This document shows positions 46,201 through 54,189 of a stretch of DNA of 64,000 nt, piece after piece; the first letter of the stretch is position 1, and each line of letters starts with the position of its first letter. Made by a program: the position numbers and the translations under genes. The stretch is taken from positions 13,470 through 77,469 of the forward strand of contig JBCDJV010000006.1 in NCBI GenBank assembly GCA_038747425.1, in the 5' to 3' direction. Below the pieces are notes generated by a model, which was not told the DNA's origin, searched no databases, and was given only the letters and a program-made list of their open reading frames with translations. This stretch comes from Bacteroidota bacterium (GTDB lineage Bacteria; Bacteroidota; Rhodothermia; Rhodothermales; JBCDJV01).

Positions 46201-46650
46201 CATGACCCAGGTGGTGTCGCCTTGGGCATTCAGCACCACGTTGCCGTTTTCGTCGACGCGCGGCACGCTCTGCGGGTCACGCAGGCGGCCTTCCTCGCGG
46301 TAGGTATCCACCACCTCGGCGGCCACAAACGGCCCAAACTCATAGCCGTACCCGAGGCCATTCCAGACCACATTCGTGATCGTGTTGCCGGGCGCCGACA
46401 CGGAGCCAAAGTTGAAAATCTGGGTCGTGATGCGGTTGCCATTCAGGATGGCATCGCGGCGGTTGGTGAAGTCCGGGCACTCATCGTCGAGCACACCCCC
46501 GCTCAGGCGCTGGCGGCTTTGCGCGTCGAGCCAGCGCTGGACCTCGGCCTCGGACCAATCACGCTGCCGCCCGTCCTGAATGGACTGGGCCTGGGTGGGA
46601 AGGCCAGCGAGGGCGGTTACCAGAAGGAGAAGAAAAACGCGTTGAAGCAT
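43237..46650 (-). CDS. Large (1137 aa) secreted hypothetical protein with thrombospondin-type-3-like Ca-binding Asp repeats and T9SS-like C-terminal domain
   Basis: Signal peptide MLQRVFLLLLVTALAGLPTQAQS. DGIDNDGDGLVDESWTDGIDNDGDWNPERDDVGIDGIPG repeats. C-terminus TIRIYSLAGELVDTI....FWDLRTKDN..IAYGLYIYHV....THIGKFAVIK. Confidence 0.7.
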   Translation of the reverse strand: MLQRVFLLLLVTALAGLPTQAQSIQDGRQRDWSEAEVQRWLDAQSRQRLSGGVLDDECPDFTNRRDAILNGNRITTQIFNFGSVSAPGNTITNVVWNGLGYGYEFGPFVAAEVVDTYREEGRLRDPQSVPRVDENGNVVLNAQGDTTWVMRIVSDGLVSNGGEVSPDGSTFWGWQPIPCTLPVGGLFDGLQVVEPTSSRIPTSDAPDANLDGKPDSWPESWYNDNLERFVWPGALQQGASNADKEALYFMNDYANQEFGYFPFWPDTTRKGLGLEIETRLYQWANPLAEDAIFLIYKITNKSDRDLENVIFGMWGDPHVGGPRNWFDDLAFFDRDLNMVFAFDSDGISDIAGREPGYFGYIFLESPGIGNEVINGQAFPGDGIDNDGDGLVDESWTDGIDNDGDWNPERDDVGIDGIPGTGDEGEDDGLPTAGDPFDITKPGEPNFEFTDIDESDQIGLTSFASPPFAGNRVSNDERVWDFVQPGRFDDIPSEPGDYVFLYGSGPISLRAGETKRFSIALILGENFEDLVLNAETVQQIYDVGYRFAKPPEKPIVRAVPGDGQVTLYWDDRAEASVDPLSNERDFEGYVIYRSTDPLFSDQQTITDINGSSFLFAPHTNSVGVEAKFDLKNGITGPSSVPFPRRGVAYDLGDDTGLFHSYVDSNNVVNGQTYFYTVVAYDRGFTEASELGAGGIPPSETSKTITYDPTTDSYIFDVNTVRVIPGPRTAGYVPPSVEAAGGVQRVSGNGTGPIDIRIVDELAVPDEGQFVIDFREEDGQLVYDVINDVPQEVIVAASLGKSAQLGFRNILPGSFELRTSNGTTLAEGTNYTLNPELGTVIVTTGANEDDPLTAVFKYRPVASSPRLAGEEGNLVFDGLDLFVTDEPLEVDQGQTGWTTGGRSTLFEVLPATAGPGRLPQPSDYEIRFGEPSTSVSTNLELPFTIYNLTQANQPIQAFVPDVNRNGSWDVNEQIIFIEDLPTRSQTATWEVRFSEATPQDGDIFYVATRKPFGESDQLLFRTQGARSDPEQVAENLDEIYVVPNPYVATNEIEPRNPFSNTERGDRRLYFANLPPQCTIRIYSLAGELVDTIEHNEGIENGRAFWDLRTKDNMNIAYGLYIYHVDSPEGTHIGKFAVIK

Positions 46651-46706
46651 CTTCAATAAAGTTAGGCTCACCTTGCTAAAGAGTCTTGAGAGGCATCGTG
46701 GTCAAG

Positions 46707-47216
46707 ATGCCAGTACCTATGCGACGCACACAGCGCCTGCCCCAGTACGATTATCGGGCGTCCGGGGCGTACTTCGTGACCTGCTGCCTGCGCCCCAGGC
46801 GCCCGGTGTTCGGCCGGGTAACGCGGGTCGGGGTGCACCTCAGCCCCACCGGCTACCTCGCCGACGGTTGCTGGGAGGCCATCCCGGTGCATCACCCGCA
46901 CGTCCGCCTGGACGCCTTTGTCGTGATGCCGGATCACATCCATGGCCTGCTGTGGATCGAGCCGAGTCCGGTTACGTCGCGCGGTGCCTTCCGGCCGCGC
47001 ACCTTCGGGACGTCGCACGCGGGGTCGTTGTCGGTCGTCATCGGCACGTACAAGGCCGCCGTCACGCGGAGCGCCCGGCGCCAAGGCCTCGACCTCCCGA
47101 ACTGGCAGCCTCGTTTCTACGAGCACATCGTCCGCAACGAACGCGCGCTGCATGCCATCCGGCGCTACATCCGCGCCAACCCCCAGCGGTGGTTCGACCG
47201 GTACGGCGCAGGATAA
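46707..47216 (+). CDS. REP-associated tyrosine transposase (RAYT; IS200/Y1_Tnp-like HUH enzyme)
   Basis: RLPQYDYRASGAYFVTCC. HUH motif in VVMPDHIHGLLW. Catalytic-Tyr context QPRFYEHIVRNE. An alternative TTG start is at 46686. Confidence 0.8.
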   Translation: MPVPMRRTQRLPQYDYRASGAYFVTCCLRPRRPVFGRVTRVGVHLSPTGYLADGCWEAIPVHHPHVRLDAFVVMPDHIHGLLWIEPSPVTSRGAFRPRTFGTSHAGSLSVVIGTYKAAVTRSARRQGLDLPNWQPRFYEHIVRNERALHAIRRYIRANPQRWFDRYGAG

Positions 47217-47253
47217 CGCGCCCGCCGAACCGCCCCGCCCGTTGCCGCCGAAG

Positions 47254-47281
47254 GTAGGGACACGATATATCGTGTCCCTAC
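47254..47281. repeat. REP-like perfect 28-bp palindrome with GTAG head (GTAGGGACACGATAT|ATCGTGTCCCTAC)
   Basis: Read directly. It lies 38 nt after the RAYT stop codon. Confidence 0.8.
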
Positions 47282-47284
47282 TAC

Positions 47285-47374
47285 GGCGGTACCGAATGCC
47301 GTTGGCGTGGGGCCGATCGCCGTCGGGGCGGTACCGAATGCCGCGGGCGTCTGGCCGGGCGCCATCGGGGCGGG
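47285..47374. repeat. Two 42-bp tandem direct repeats plus a 6-nt start of a third (GGCGGTACCGAATGCCG...)
   Basis: Units 47285-47326 and 47327-47368 match at 35/42 positions. The third unit is truncated (GGCGGG at 47369-47374). Confidence 0.7.
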
Positions 47375-47398
47375 TCTGTATGTATCTGCGGGCGGTCA

Positions 47399-50173
47399 TT
47401 AGAATGACAACGTGGCGCCGACGCGGATCTCGCGGGGGGCGCTGTACCAATGGGGGCGGACGTTGTATTCGTCGAGGGTAGAGATCCCGGGGAAGCCATA
47501 GTAGGGCTCCCAGGTCGCATGCAGGTTGCGCTGCTCGGCGAGCGAGTAGGTTGCGCGCCCGGTGTCGTCGAAGACAAAGCGCTCGTTCAGGCGGTCCAGG
47601 ATGTTGAAGATACGGGCGAAGACCCGCACCCCCGTGCCTCCGAAGTCAAAGTCTTTGTAGAGGTTGGCATCCAGACGGATCTGCGCAGGCTTCCGCTCTG
47701 AGTTGGGCAGCAGATCCAGCACCTGGTCAAAGATCAGCGGCGAGTAGGGGTACCCGGTGGCGTACTGCCCAATGAACGAGGCGCCCCAGTTGCCCACATC
47801 CGTAATGGTGACCGTGCCGGAGAGGACATGCCGCTGATCGAAGTCGAGCGGAACCACTTCCAGTTCGTTCTCCCGTCCGGAGAGCGAGTTGAAGAAGAAG
47901 GCGTTCGAGTCCGTGTTGTTGCCCTCGGCGATCTGGAACGTGTAGTCCACCGTGGCGCTGACGAGCCCGTTCTGCGAGCGGCGCTTCGTCATGGACACCG
48001 TCACGCCCTTCACATTGGCGTAGTCGCGGTTGAGGAAGATGGAGTACTGGTCTTCGCCAGCGATGGTGCTGTAGCGAATCGTCTGCTGGGCCAGGTAGTC
48101 TCGGATGTCTTTGAAGAAGCCGGTGACGTCGAACGCAAACACATCGGTCAGCTGCTGCTGCAAGCCCATCTCGTACTGCACCGTCCGCTCTGGGCGCATG
48201 TTGCTGTTGCCGAAGAGAGGAACAGACCCGCGTGGGAATTCGAACTCCGGATTGATGTACAGATTGCGCAGCCGTGGCATCTGGGCGAAGTGTCCGTACG
48301 AGAAGTGGATAATGCCACGCTCGGTGATCGGGAAAGAGACGCCCAGGCGTGGGAGGAGCAGGGTGCTCGTCTCGGCCGCTTGGCGCTCGCCGAAGGGGTC
48401 CAGCAGGTCGGGGAAGAAGACGCCGTTTGGCTGGAAGTACTCGAAGCGAAGGCCGGCGTTGATGATGAAGTCATCGAATTCCAGCTTGTCCTGCAGGTAG
48501 GCGCTCAGCTCCGTGACGTTCTGGTTGGTGTAGACGTCGCGCGAAGGCGAGTCGATGGGCGGCAGGGTGGGCTCACGGAAGCGGTTGCCGTCGAAGAGCA
48601 CGGCGAAGTTCTCACGGTCCAGGCTGTGCAGGTTGAGCTCAATCCCCGCCTTGGCCTCGTGGATCACCCCAAACTGGCGGGTGGCATCGAGCTTGGCCCG
48701 GAACGAGCGCGCATCCTCGTAGATGTGCGTCTTCTGGTTGCCGCCCATCAAGAAGTTGGTGCCGGGGAAGCCGTTCAGGTTGCCGTTGCCGATGCCCGCG
48801 CGGTCCACCACGTACCGAGGGTCCGTAGGGTCCCGGTACAGAAACTCCCGATAGGCGTTGTTGGCGTAGGAGAGGCGCAGCGTGTAGAACGAGCGGTCGT
48901 CCAGCGTGTGGGTCCAGTGGACGCTATGGTTGTAGCTCCGGTCTCGGACGGTGCGCACTCCGTCTGGATTGAGGCGGTAGGAGAAGCTGAACGGCGTGCG
49001 CTCAGCGCCGTCGCGCAGGTGCGAGTACTCGATCTTGGCTCCGGGGAAGGGCCGCCACGTCAGCTTGCCCAGAATGTTGTAGCTGTTGCGTGGGTTCATG
49101 GCCACGCTCTCGGTGGGGAGAGGGAGGCCAGGGATGACCGTCGTGGTGCCGTCCTCGTTGACTACCGTCTGGTCTTGGTAGTCCTGGTACGGCCGGCCCT
49201 GGATCTCGTAGTACCACGGGTCTGCGTTGAAGTTGGCCGAATCCGAGGGGGCGAAGAGGCGGGTGCCGAAGATGTGTCCATCGTCCTCGTCGTAGCGGCC
49301 CGACAGGAAAAACTTGACGTTCCGAAACACCGGCACCGGGCCACTCAGCGAGCCTTCCAGCGTGAATACATTCAGGCTCCGGCTGCTGGGTGTGCCAAAG
49401 ATATCGCTGTGGGCCGTGAACGTGTCGCCGCCATAGGCGCTCAGCGAGCCCTCCATCCGGTCGCCCCCTTCCTTGGTGACGAGGTTCACGATACCGGACA
49501 TCGCTTTGCCATACTCGGCGTTGAAGGCGCCTGAGATGACGGTCAGTTCCTGGATGGCATCGCGGGCTACCTCGGTGGCGAGGCCGTTGGTGTTGAACGG
49601 GTTGCCCACGGACATGCCGTCCACCAGGTAGGCGATCTCGTTGTTGCGTCCGCCCCGGATGTGGATAGACCCGTCAGCGCCCGTTGTGACGCCCGCCTGG
49701 GCCGTGAGTATGTCCGTGAAGCTTTCCACCGGCAGTGACTCGATCTCCTCCGCGATCACGGTTTGCTTGGAGGCGGTCAGGTCTTTCTGCACCAGCGGGC
49801 GCTCGGCCTGGACCACCACCTCCTGGCCTTCGATCACGGCCTCGCGCAGGTCCACGTCGTACCGCGTGGTTTGCCCGGTGATCACCTGGATCCCCTCGAT
49901 GCGCTGCGGCTGGAACCCGATGTAGGAGAATTGAAGCGTGTACGTACCCGGCCGCACGTTGACCAGGATGTAGTTGCCATCCAGATCGGTCACGGTCCCT
50001 TGCTCGGTCTCCGTGAGGATCACGTTGACCCCGATCAAGGGGTCGCCGTTGCCGGCATCGGTCACGCGGCCTGCAATCTTGCCTTGGGCGAACAGGGCGT
50101 CGGGCAGCAGAAAAAAGCACGCGAAGAGCCCTATGAGGGCCCCGGTCATTGGTCTCGACATGGGACGGATCAT
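47399..50173 (-). CDS. TonB-dependent receptor with N-terminal carboxypeptidase-regulatory-like domain
   Basis: GKIAGRVTDAGNGDPLIGVNVIL...DLDGNY.L.NV.PGTYTL.FSYIGF. Plug domain (IHIRGGRNNEIAYLVDGMSV). C-terminal ...RVGATLSF. Start ambiguous (ATG 50173, 50161 or 50149). Confidence 0.85.
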   Translation of the reverse strand: MIRPMSRPMTGALIGLFACFFLLPDALFAQGKIAGRVTDAGNGDPLIGVNVILTETEQGTVTDLDGNYILVNVRPGTYTLQFSYIGFQPQRIEGIQVITGQTTRYDVDLREAVIEGQEVVVQAERPLVQKDLTASKQTVIAEEIESLPVESFTDILTAQAGVTTGADGSIHIRGGRNNEIAYLVDGMSVGNPFNTNGLATEVARDAIQELTVISGAFNAEYGKAMSGIVNLVTKEGGDRMEGSLSAYGGDTFTAHSDIFGTPSSRSLNVFTLEGSLSGPVPVFRNVKFFLSGRYDEDDGHIFGTRLFAPSDSANFNADPWYYEIQGRPYQDYQDQTVVNEDGTTTVIPGLPLPTESVAMNPRNSYNILGKLTWRPFPGAKIEYSHLRDGAERTPFSFSYRLNPDGVRTVRDRSYNHSVHWTHTLDDRSFYTLRLSYANNAYREFLYRDPTDPRYVVDRAGIGNGNLNGFPGTNFLMGGNQKTHIYEDARSFRAKLDATRQFGVIHEAKAGIELNLHSLDRENFAVLFDGNRFREPTLPPIDSPSRDVYTNQNVTELSAYLQDKLEFDDFIINAGLRFEYFQPNGVFFPDLLDPFGERQAAETSTLLLPRLGVSFPITERGIIHFSYGHFAQMPRLRNLYINPEFEFPRGSVPLFGNSNMRPERTVQYEMGLQQQLTDVFAFDVTGFFKDIRDYLAQQTIRYSTIAGEDQYSIFLNRDYANVKGVTVSMTKRRSQNGLVSATVDYTFQIAEGNNTDSNAFFFNSLSGRENELEVVPLDFDQRHVLSGTVTITDVGNWGASFIGQYATGYPYSPLIFDQVLDLLPNSERKPAQIRLDANLYKDFDFGGTGVRVFARIFNILDRLNERFVFDDTGRATYSLAEQRNLHATWEPYYGFPGISTLDEYNVRPHWYSAPREIRVGATLSF

Positions 50174-50345
50174 GGTGGAGGGAGCGGATCCACGGCGGAA
50201 GCCTTCAAGAAGCCTCAGGATACGCAAAACGAGATTGGGAAAGGGTCCCAATAGAGATGCCCAGTGGCTGGTAGCGAAAGAAAAGGGGGGCGTCTGAGCG
50301 CGAGGGCAGGCGGCCTGTCGGCTCACGCTCAGACACCCACGTCCG

Positions 50346-52016
50346 CTATTTGAGGAGGGTCATGCGGCGCGTCTGCCGCTGCTGTGACGTCTCCAGCGCA
50401 TACAGGTAGACGCCGCTGCTCACGAGCTGCCCGGCGTCGTTGCGACCGTTCCACTGGACCTCGTAGCTGCCTGGCGACGAAGCCTGGCCGTCAACCAACG
50501 TGCGCACGAGCTGGCCCATCACGTTGTAGACCCGCACCGAGACCACGTCGGCCTGGGGCAACACGTAGGAGATGGACGTGCTGGGGTTGAACGGGTTGGG
50601 ATAGTTCTGGCGCAAGATATAGGCGCCCGGGAGCTCGGCTACATCGTCTGTGGACGTCGCCTCAGCTTGGGCCTCGACCACGATGATCATCGGTTGCCCG
50701 GGAGACGAGGCGAACAAGTTGGTCAGCACGACTTCGTTGAGGCCATCCCCATCGAGGTCATCGGTGACGGTCATCGGGTAGTAGCGGTCCAACGGCTCGC
50801 CCACGCTCTCGAGCAGGGAGCTCCAGGTGTAGCTCGTCGAATCGGCGTAGCTGCCGGTGCCATTGTACTCGATGCGGGAGACGATTTCGGCGGTGCCGTG
50901 CGAGGCCACGATGTCCACGTTGCCGTCGCCATCGATGTCGCCCATGGCGCCTCCGCGCGCACTGCCGGTGGCATCGAACATGCCGATGGTGGTGAAGCTC
51001 TCGAACGTCAGGGTGGACACGTCGTCCAGGCTGTCCAAGAAATACAGGTTGCCATCGGTCATCGGATAAAACAGCTCCAGGCTGCCGTCGCCGTCCACGT
51101 CGTCGAACAGCATATCATGCGAGTTGAACCCGCCGGGGTCGTCCACGGGGTTGACGCCGTTAAGCTCAGCCTGTAGCTCGTAGGTGTCGGCCCCGGTGGC
51201 TTCCCAGACTGCCATGCTGAAGTTGTCCCACGTGTTGACCCAGATCTCGTTGAGGCCGTCGCCGTCGAAGTCAGCCACGTCCACGTCGTAGACGCCGCCG
51301 CCGCCCAAGATGGCTTCCCCGGCTTCGAACTCGATGCTGAAGGTGGCGAAGGCGTTGAGGTCGCCGTTGACGGTGGCCACCACGAGCTCGCGAGCCCCGC
51401 TCCGGCGAGACACCGTCAGGAGCTCCTGCGTGCCGTCGTTGTCCACGTCCACGATTTGGAAGCCAGCCGGCCGGAAATCGGCGCTGCCCTCCCGGTCATA
51501 GCCCCAGACGGCCGTCGGCTCATCCGGGAAGACGCCGGAGTCGTCTTGCTCAAACACAAAGAGGTCTTCGGCATCGTCATTGATGGTGGGCACGCCGAAG
51601 TAGATCTCGTTGAGGCCATCCCCATCGATGTCGCCATGGCCGAGTGCGGGGAGGGAGTTGGAGGGGATGTGCGAGTAGTGCCACACGTACTCATACGTGT
51701 TGTCGGCGGTGGCTTCGTAGAGGTAGACATCCAGGACGCCGGGGTCAGGGCCTTCAGGCGCTAGGGTTTCGTCGGTGGTGAAGAGAATTTCCTTGAGACC
51801 GTCCCCGTCCAGGTCCATCCCGGCTTGGACGCTGCGGGCGCCGAAGGCGGGGCCTCGGGGGAAGAGGTCCGGGAAATCACGTGGATCGAGGGTCCAGGAG
51901 ACGGTCAGGTCCGAGCCCGGCACATACTGGGCCACGGCGGGGGCGGCTGAGAGGCCCGTCATCAGACCAACGAGAAGGGTGCAAACGAAAAGTCGACCTG
52001 GTAGCGTACGACGCAT
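50346..52016 (-). CDS. FG-GAP/VCBS-repeat protein with T9SS C-terminal sorting domain
   Basis: Repeated D.DGDG..E(I/L) Ca-binding turns. CTD is NYPNPFNPSTSISYVLP...VRVYNVMGQLV...SGVYLYAL...MTLLK. Confidence 0.8.
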   Translation of the reverse strand: MRRTLPGRLFVCTLLVGLMTGLSAAPAVAQYVPGSDLTVSWTLDPRDFPDLFPRGPAFGARSVQAGMDLDGDGLKEILFTTDETLAPEGPDPGVLDVYLYEATADNTYEYVWHYSHIPSNSLPALGHGDIDGDGLNEIYFGVPTINDDAEDLFVFEQDDSGVFPDEPTAVWGYDREGSADFRPAGFQIVDVDNDGTQELLTVSRRSGARELVVATVNGDLNAFATFSIEFEAGEAILGGGGVYDVDVADFDGDGLNEIWVNTWDNFSMAVWEATGADTYELQAELNGVNPVDDPGGFNSHDMLFDDVDGDGSLELFYPMTDGNLYFLDSLDDVSTLTFESFTTIGMFDATGSARGGAMGDIDGDGNVDIVASHGTAEIVSRIEYNGTGSYADSTSYTWSSLLESVGEPLDRYYPMTVTDDLDGDGLNEVVLTNLFASSPGQPMIIVVEAQAEATSTDDVAELPGAYILRQNYPNPFNPSTSISYVLPQADVVSVRVYNVMGQLVRTLVDGQASSPGSYEVQWNGRNDAGQLVSSGVYLYALETSQQRQTRRMTLLK

Positions 52017-52157
52017 GCAGAAGCTCCTGTCTCAGTGAGACATGCTAAGGAGGGGAACGAGCGGAGAAGTAACAGAGAGGTGAAGTTGTAAAAACAGCAG
52101 AGGGAGGGACTAATGCAAGTCCCTCCCTCTGCGGTAGGCCGTTGAATGGAGGTGCCG

Positions 52158-54017
52158 TTACTTGATGAGCACCATGGAGCGGCTTTGGCGGAAGCTGCCC
52201 CATTCCAAGCTGTACAGGTAGGTGCCACTGGCCACGGTGGCGCCTGCATTGTTGGTGCCGTCCCACGTGACCTGGTGCGTGCCGGCAGCGTAGCGCTGAC
52301 CGTCGATCAGGGTTTTCACGAGGCGCCCGGTCACGTCGTAGACCCGCACGCTGACCGCCTTGTCGATGGGCAGCGTGAAGTCAAACGAGGTGGTCGGGTT
52401 GAACGGGTTCGGGTAGTTGCCGGACAGTTTGTAGTCAGACGGCAAGATGATGCGCTCGTCCTGCACAGACACCGAAGTGCCATCTCCCGAGATGACCCGC
52501 AGGTAGACACGGTTCTCGTTCACACGGGATTCCACGGTCTCGCGCACGAAGGCGGAGTCGGACGGGCTGTAGGTGGACTGGATCACAAACGTAGAGTCAT
52601 CCACGCCCTGGAACGCCAGGGCCACCTCGTTTTGGCCGTCGTTGTCCGGATCCCCGAGATAGGCCAACTTGGACACGAAGACGGGCCCCTGTGTGGGGTT
52701 CTCGAGGAACTCCGTCATGACGCCGGCGGAGTCCTGCCGGATCAGGTTGAAGGTGGTGGCCGTGGTGTCGTACGGCTGGGTGATGTCCAGCGACTCCACC
52801 TCCGAGTAGTTGGCCGGGTCTTCGGGGTCACCGCCCAAGAACTCGGTCACCCGCACGTACTGCGTGGGCGCTCCCTGGCTGCCGGCCGAGTAGGAGGGAC
52901 CACTCCCGATGAGCTCGATCTGGCCATCGCCATCAATGTCGCCTGCGGTCAGGCCCAGGCTGGTGAGTGTCGGGGCCAGGCCCAGAACAACGTTGTCCGG
53001 CGTGATCTGCAGCGGATCCTCGCCCTCCTCGTAGTTGAGCAGGGTCACGCTATTGGTCTGGAACGTCGGGAAGAAGACCTCGTCATCGCCGTTGCCATCG
53101 ATGTCCACCACAACCCCACCGAAGAGCGAGACATGGTCCGCATCGGACGCATTCAAGAACCCGTTGGCGTCCGTCTCGCCGGGAAAGACGTACGTGTCAG
53201 CGCCGGTGATGTCGCCGGTGGTGAGGTTGAAGTTATTCCACGAGTGCAAGGCGAGCTCAACCGTGCCGTCGCCATCGAGGTCAGCGGGATGGATGGCATA
53301 GGGGCTGCCACCCCCACGCGCTACCGGATCATAGTCCGTGACGCGGCTGGACAGACGGGCTTCGACGTTGAAGAATTCGAACCCACTGCCAATGTCGCCG
53401 CCGACAGAGAGGACGTACCAGCTGTCGAAGTCATTGTTGGCGCCGTTGTTACCGAACATGAGCTCTTCGGTGCCATCGCCATCGACGTCTTGGATGATCA
53501 TCTGCTCGGCGCGCCAGCGGTCCGGTAGGTCCACATCGAACGTGTAGATGGTAGTGGGCTCGGTGCCAAAGTCGGTGCCGTTGAATTCGAAGACGAAGAG
53601 GCCCGGCTCGTAGGGGCCGGTCTCGGAGTAGTTGCGTCCAGACAGGAAGACGATTTCGCCGTTACCGTCGCCGTCCAGGTCACCCCCGGCGATGGTGCGG
53701 ATGTTGTTGGTGGTAGCCGTGGAGTCTAGCCAAGGCGTCATGTAGGCCAGCTCCCAGGTATCGACGCCCACGTTCTCGATCACGTGCACGCGGCCGCCGC
53801 CGGTGTAGTCGGCGAGGAGGATTTCGAGTTGCCCATCACCGTCCAGATCGTGCGGGCCGCTCACGTCACGAGCACCGGAGCTCAGTCCGCTGGTGTAGGG
53901 GGCCATGAAGTCCTCGGAGGTCGGCACGTTGAGCTCGAGCTCCGTGGACTGAGACCATGCCGGGGCCACAAGCAGGCACAGTCCAAGTAAAGAGAAGAGA
54001 ATGGTAGCGTTACGCAT
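52158..54017 (-). CDS. FG-GAP/VCBS-repeat protein with T9SS C-terminal sorting domain (paralog of 50346-52016)
   Basis: Same repeat type (DLDGDGQLEIL, DVDGDGTEEL, DIDGNGDDEV, DIDGDGQIEL). CTD is NYPNPFNPTTSFDFTLP...VRVYDVTGRLV...SGTYLYSL...MVLIK. Confidence 0.8.
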   Translation of the reverse strand: MRNATILFSLLGLCLLVAPAWSQSTELELNVPTSEDFMAPYTSGLSSGARDVSGPHDLDGDGQLEILLADYTGGGRVHVIENVGVDTWELAYMTPWLDSTATTNNIRTIAGGDLDGDGNGEIVFLSGRNYSETGPYEPGLFVFEFNGTDFGTEPTTIYTFDVDLPDRWRAEQMIIQDVDGDGTEELMFGNNGANNDFDSWYVLSVGGDIGSGFEFFNVEARLSSRVTDYDPVARGGGSPYAIHPADLDGDGTVELALHSWNNFNLTTGDITGADTYVFPGETDANGFLNASDADHVSLFGGVVVDIDGNGDDEVFFPTFQTNSVTLLNYEEGEDPLQITPDNVVLGLAPTLTSLGLTAGDIDGDGQIELIGSGPSYSAGSQGAPTQYVRVTEFLGGDPEDPANYSEVESLDITQPYDTTATTFNLIRQDSAGVMTEFLENPTQGPVFVSKLAYLGDPDNDGQNEVALAFQGVDDSTFVIQSTYSPSDSAFVRETVESRVNENRVYLRVISGDGTSVSVQDERIILPSDYKLSGNYPNPFNPTTSFDFTLPIDKAVSVRVYDVTGRLVKTLIDGQRYAAGTHQVTWDGTNNAGATVASGTYLYSLEWGSFRQSRSMVLIK

Positions 54018-54189
54018 ACGAACAGCATCGCGGGTTGAGGGAACGAACGGGCCACAGTATAGCCTAGCCCCCCAGACGGTGTCAATGCTAAGGCGAACGC
54101 CTGCGACTACGGCGGGTCTTGGAGGCCACGACCACGCGTCCAGCTGAGGGTCCGGTGTGGGCTCGGTGTACCGTCCAGCGCCCCGGTGC

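Noticed and set aside
43237-46650. PorU (T9SS C-terminal signal peptidase) identity for the 1137-aa protein next to the PorV-like gene
   Set aside because: The size and the adjacency to a PorV homolog are suggestive. However, I could not find a gingipain/C25-like His...Cys catalytic context. The only three Cys residues are in unrelated contexts, and the protein is dominated by Ca-binding Asp repeats. It is left as hypothetical pending an HMM search.
47285-47398. CRISPR-like array
   Set aside because: There are only about 2.1 directly abutting 42-bp units with no spacers, and the units are imperfect (35/42). This is a tandem repeat next to a REP hairpin, not a CRISPR array.
47828-49534. 568-aa plus-strand ORF, and similar long antisense ORFs at 52146-53528, 55247-56467, 29629-30669, 39206-40297, 40449-41546, 42182-43204, 44800-45837 and 8888-9682
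   Set aside because: All lie opposite strongly supported genes. They have low-complexity V/G/R/A/E-rich translations and no motifs. They are high-GC mirror ORFs.
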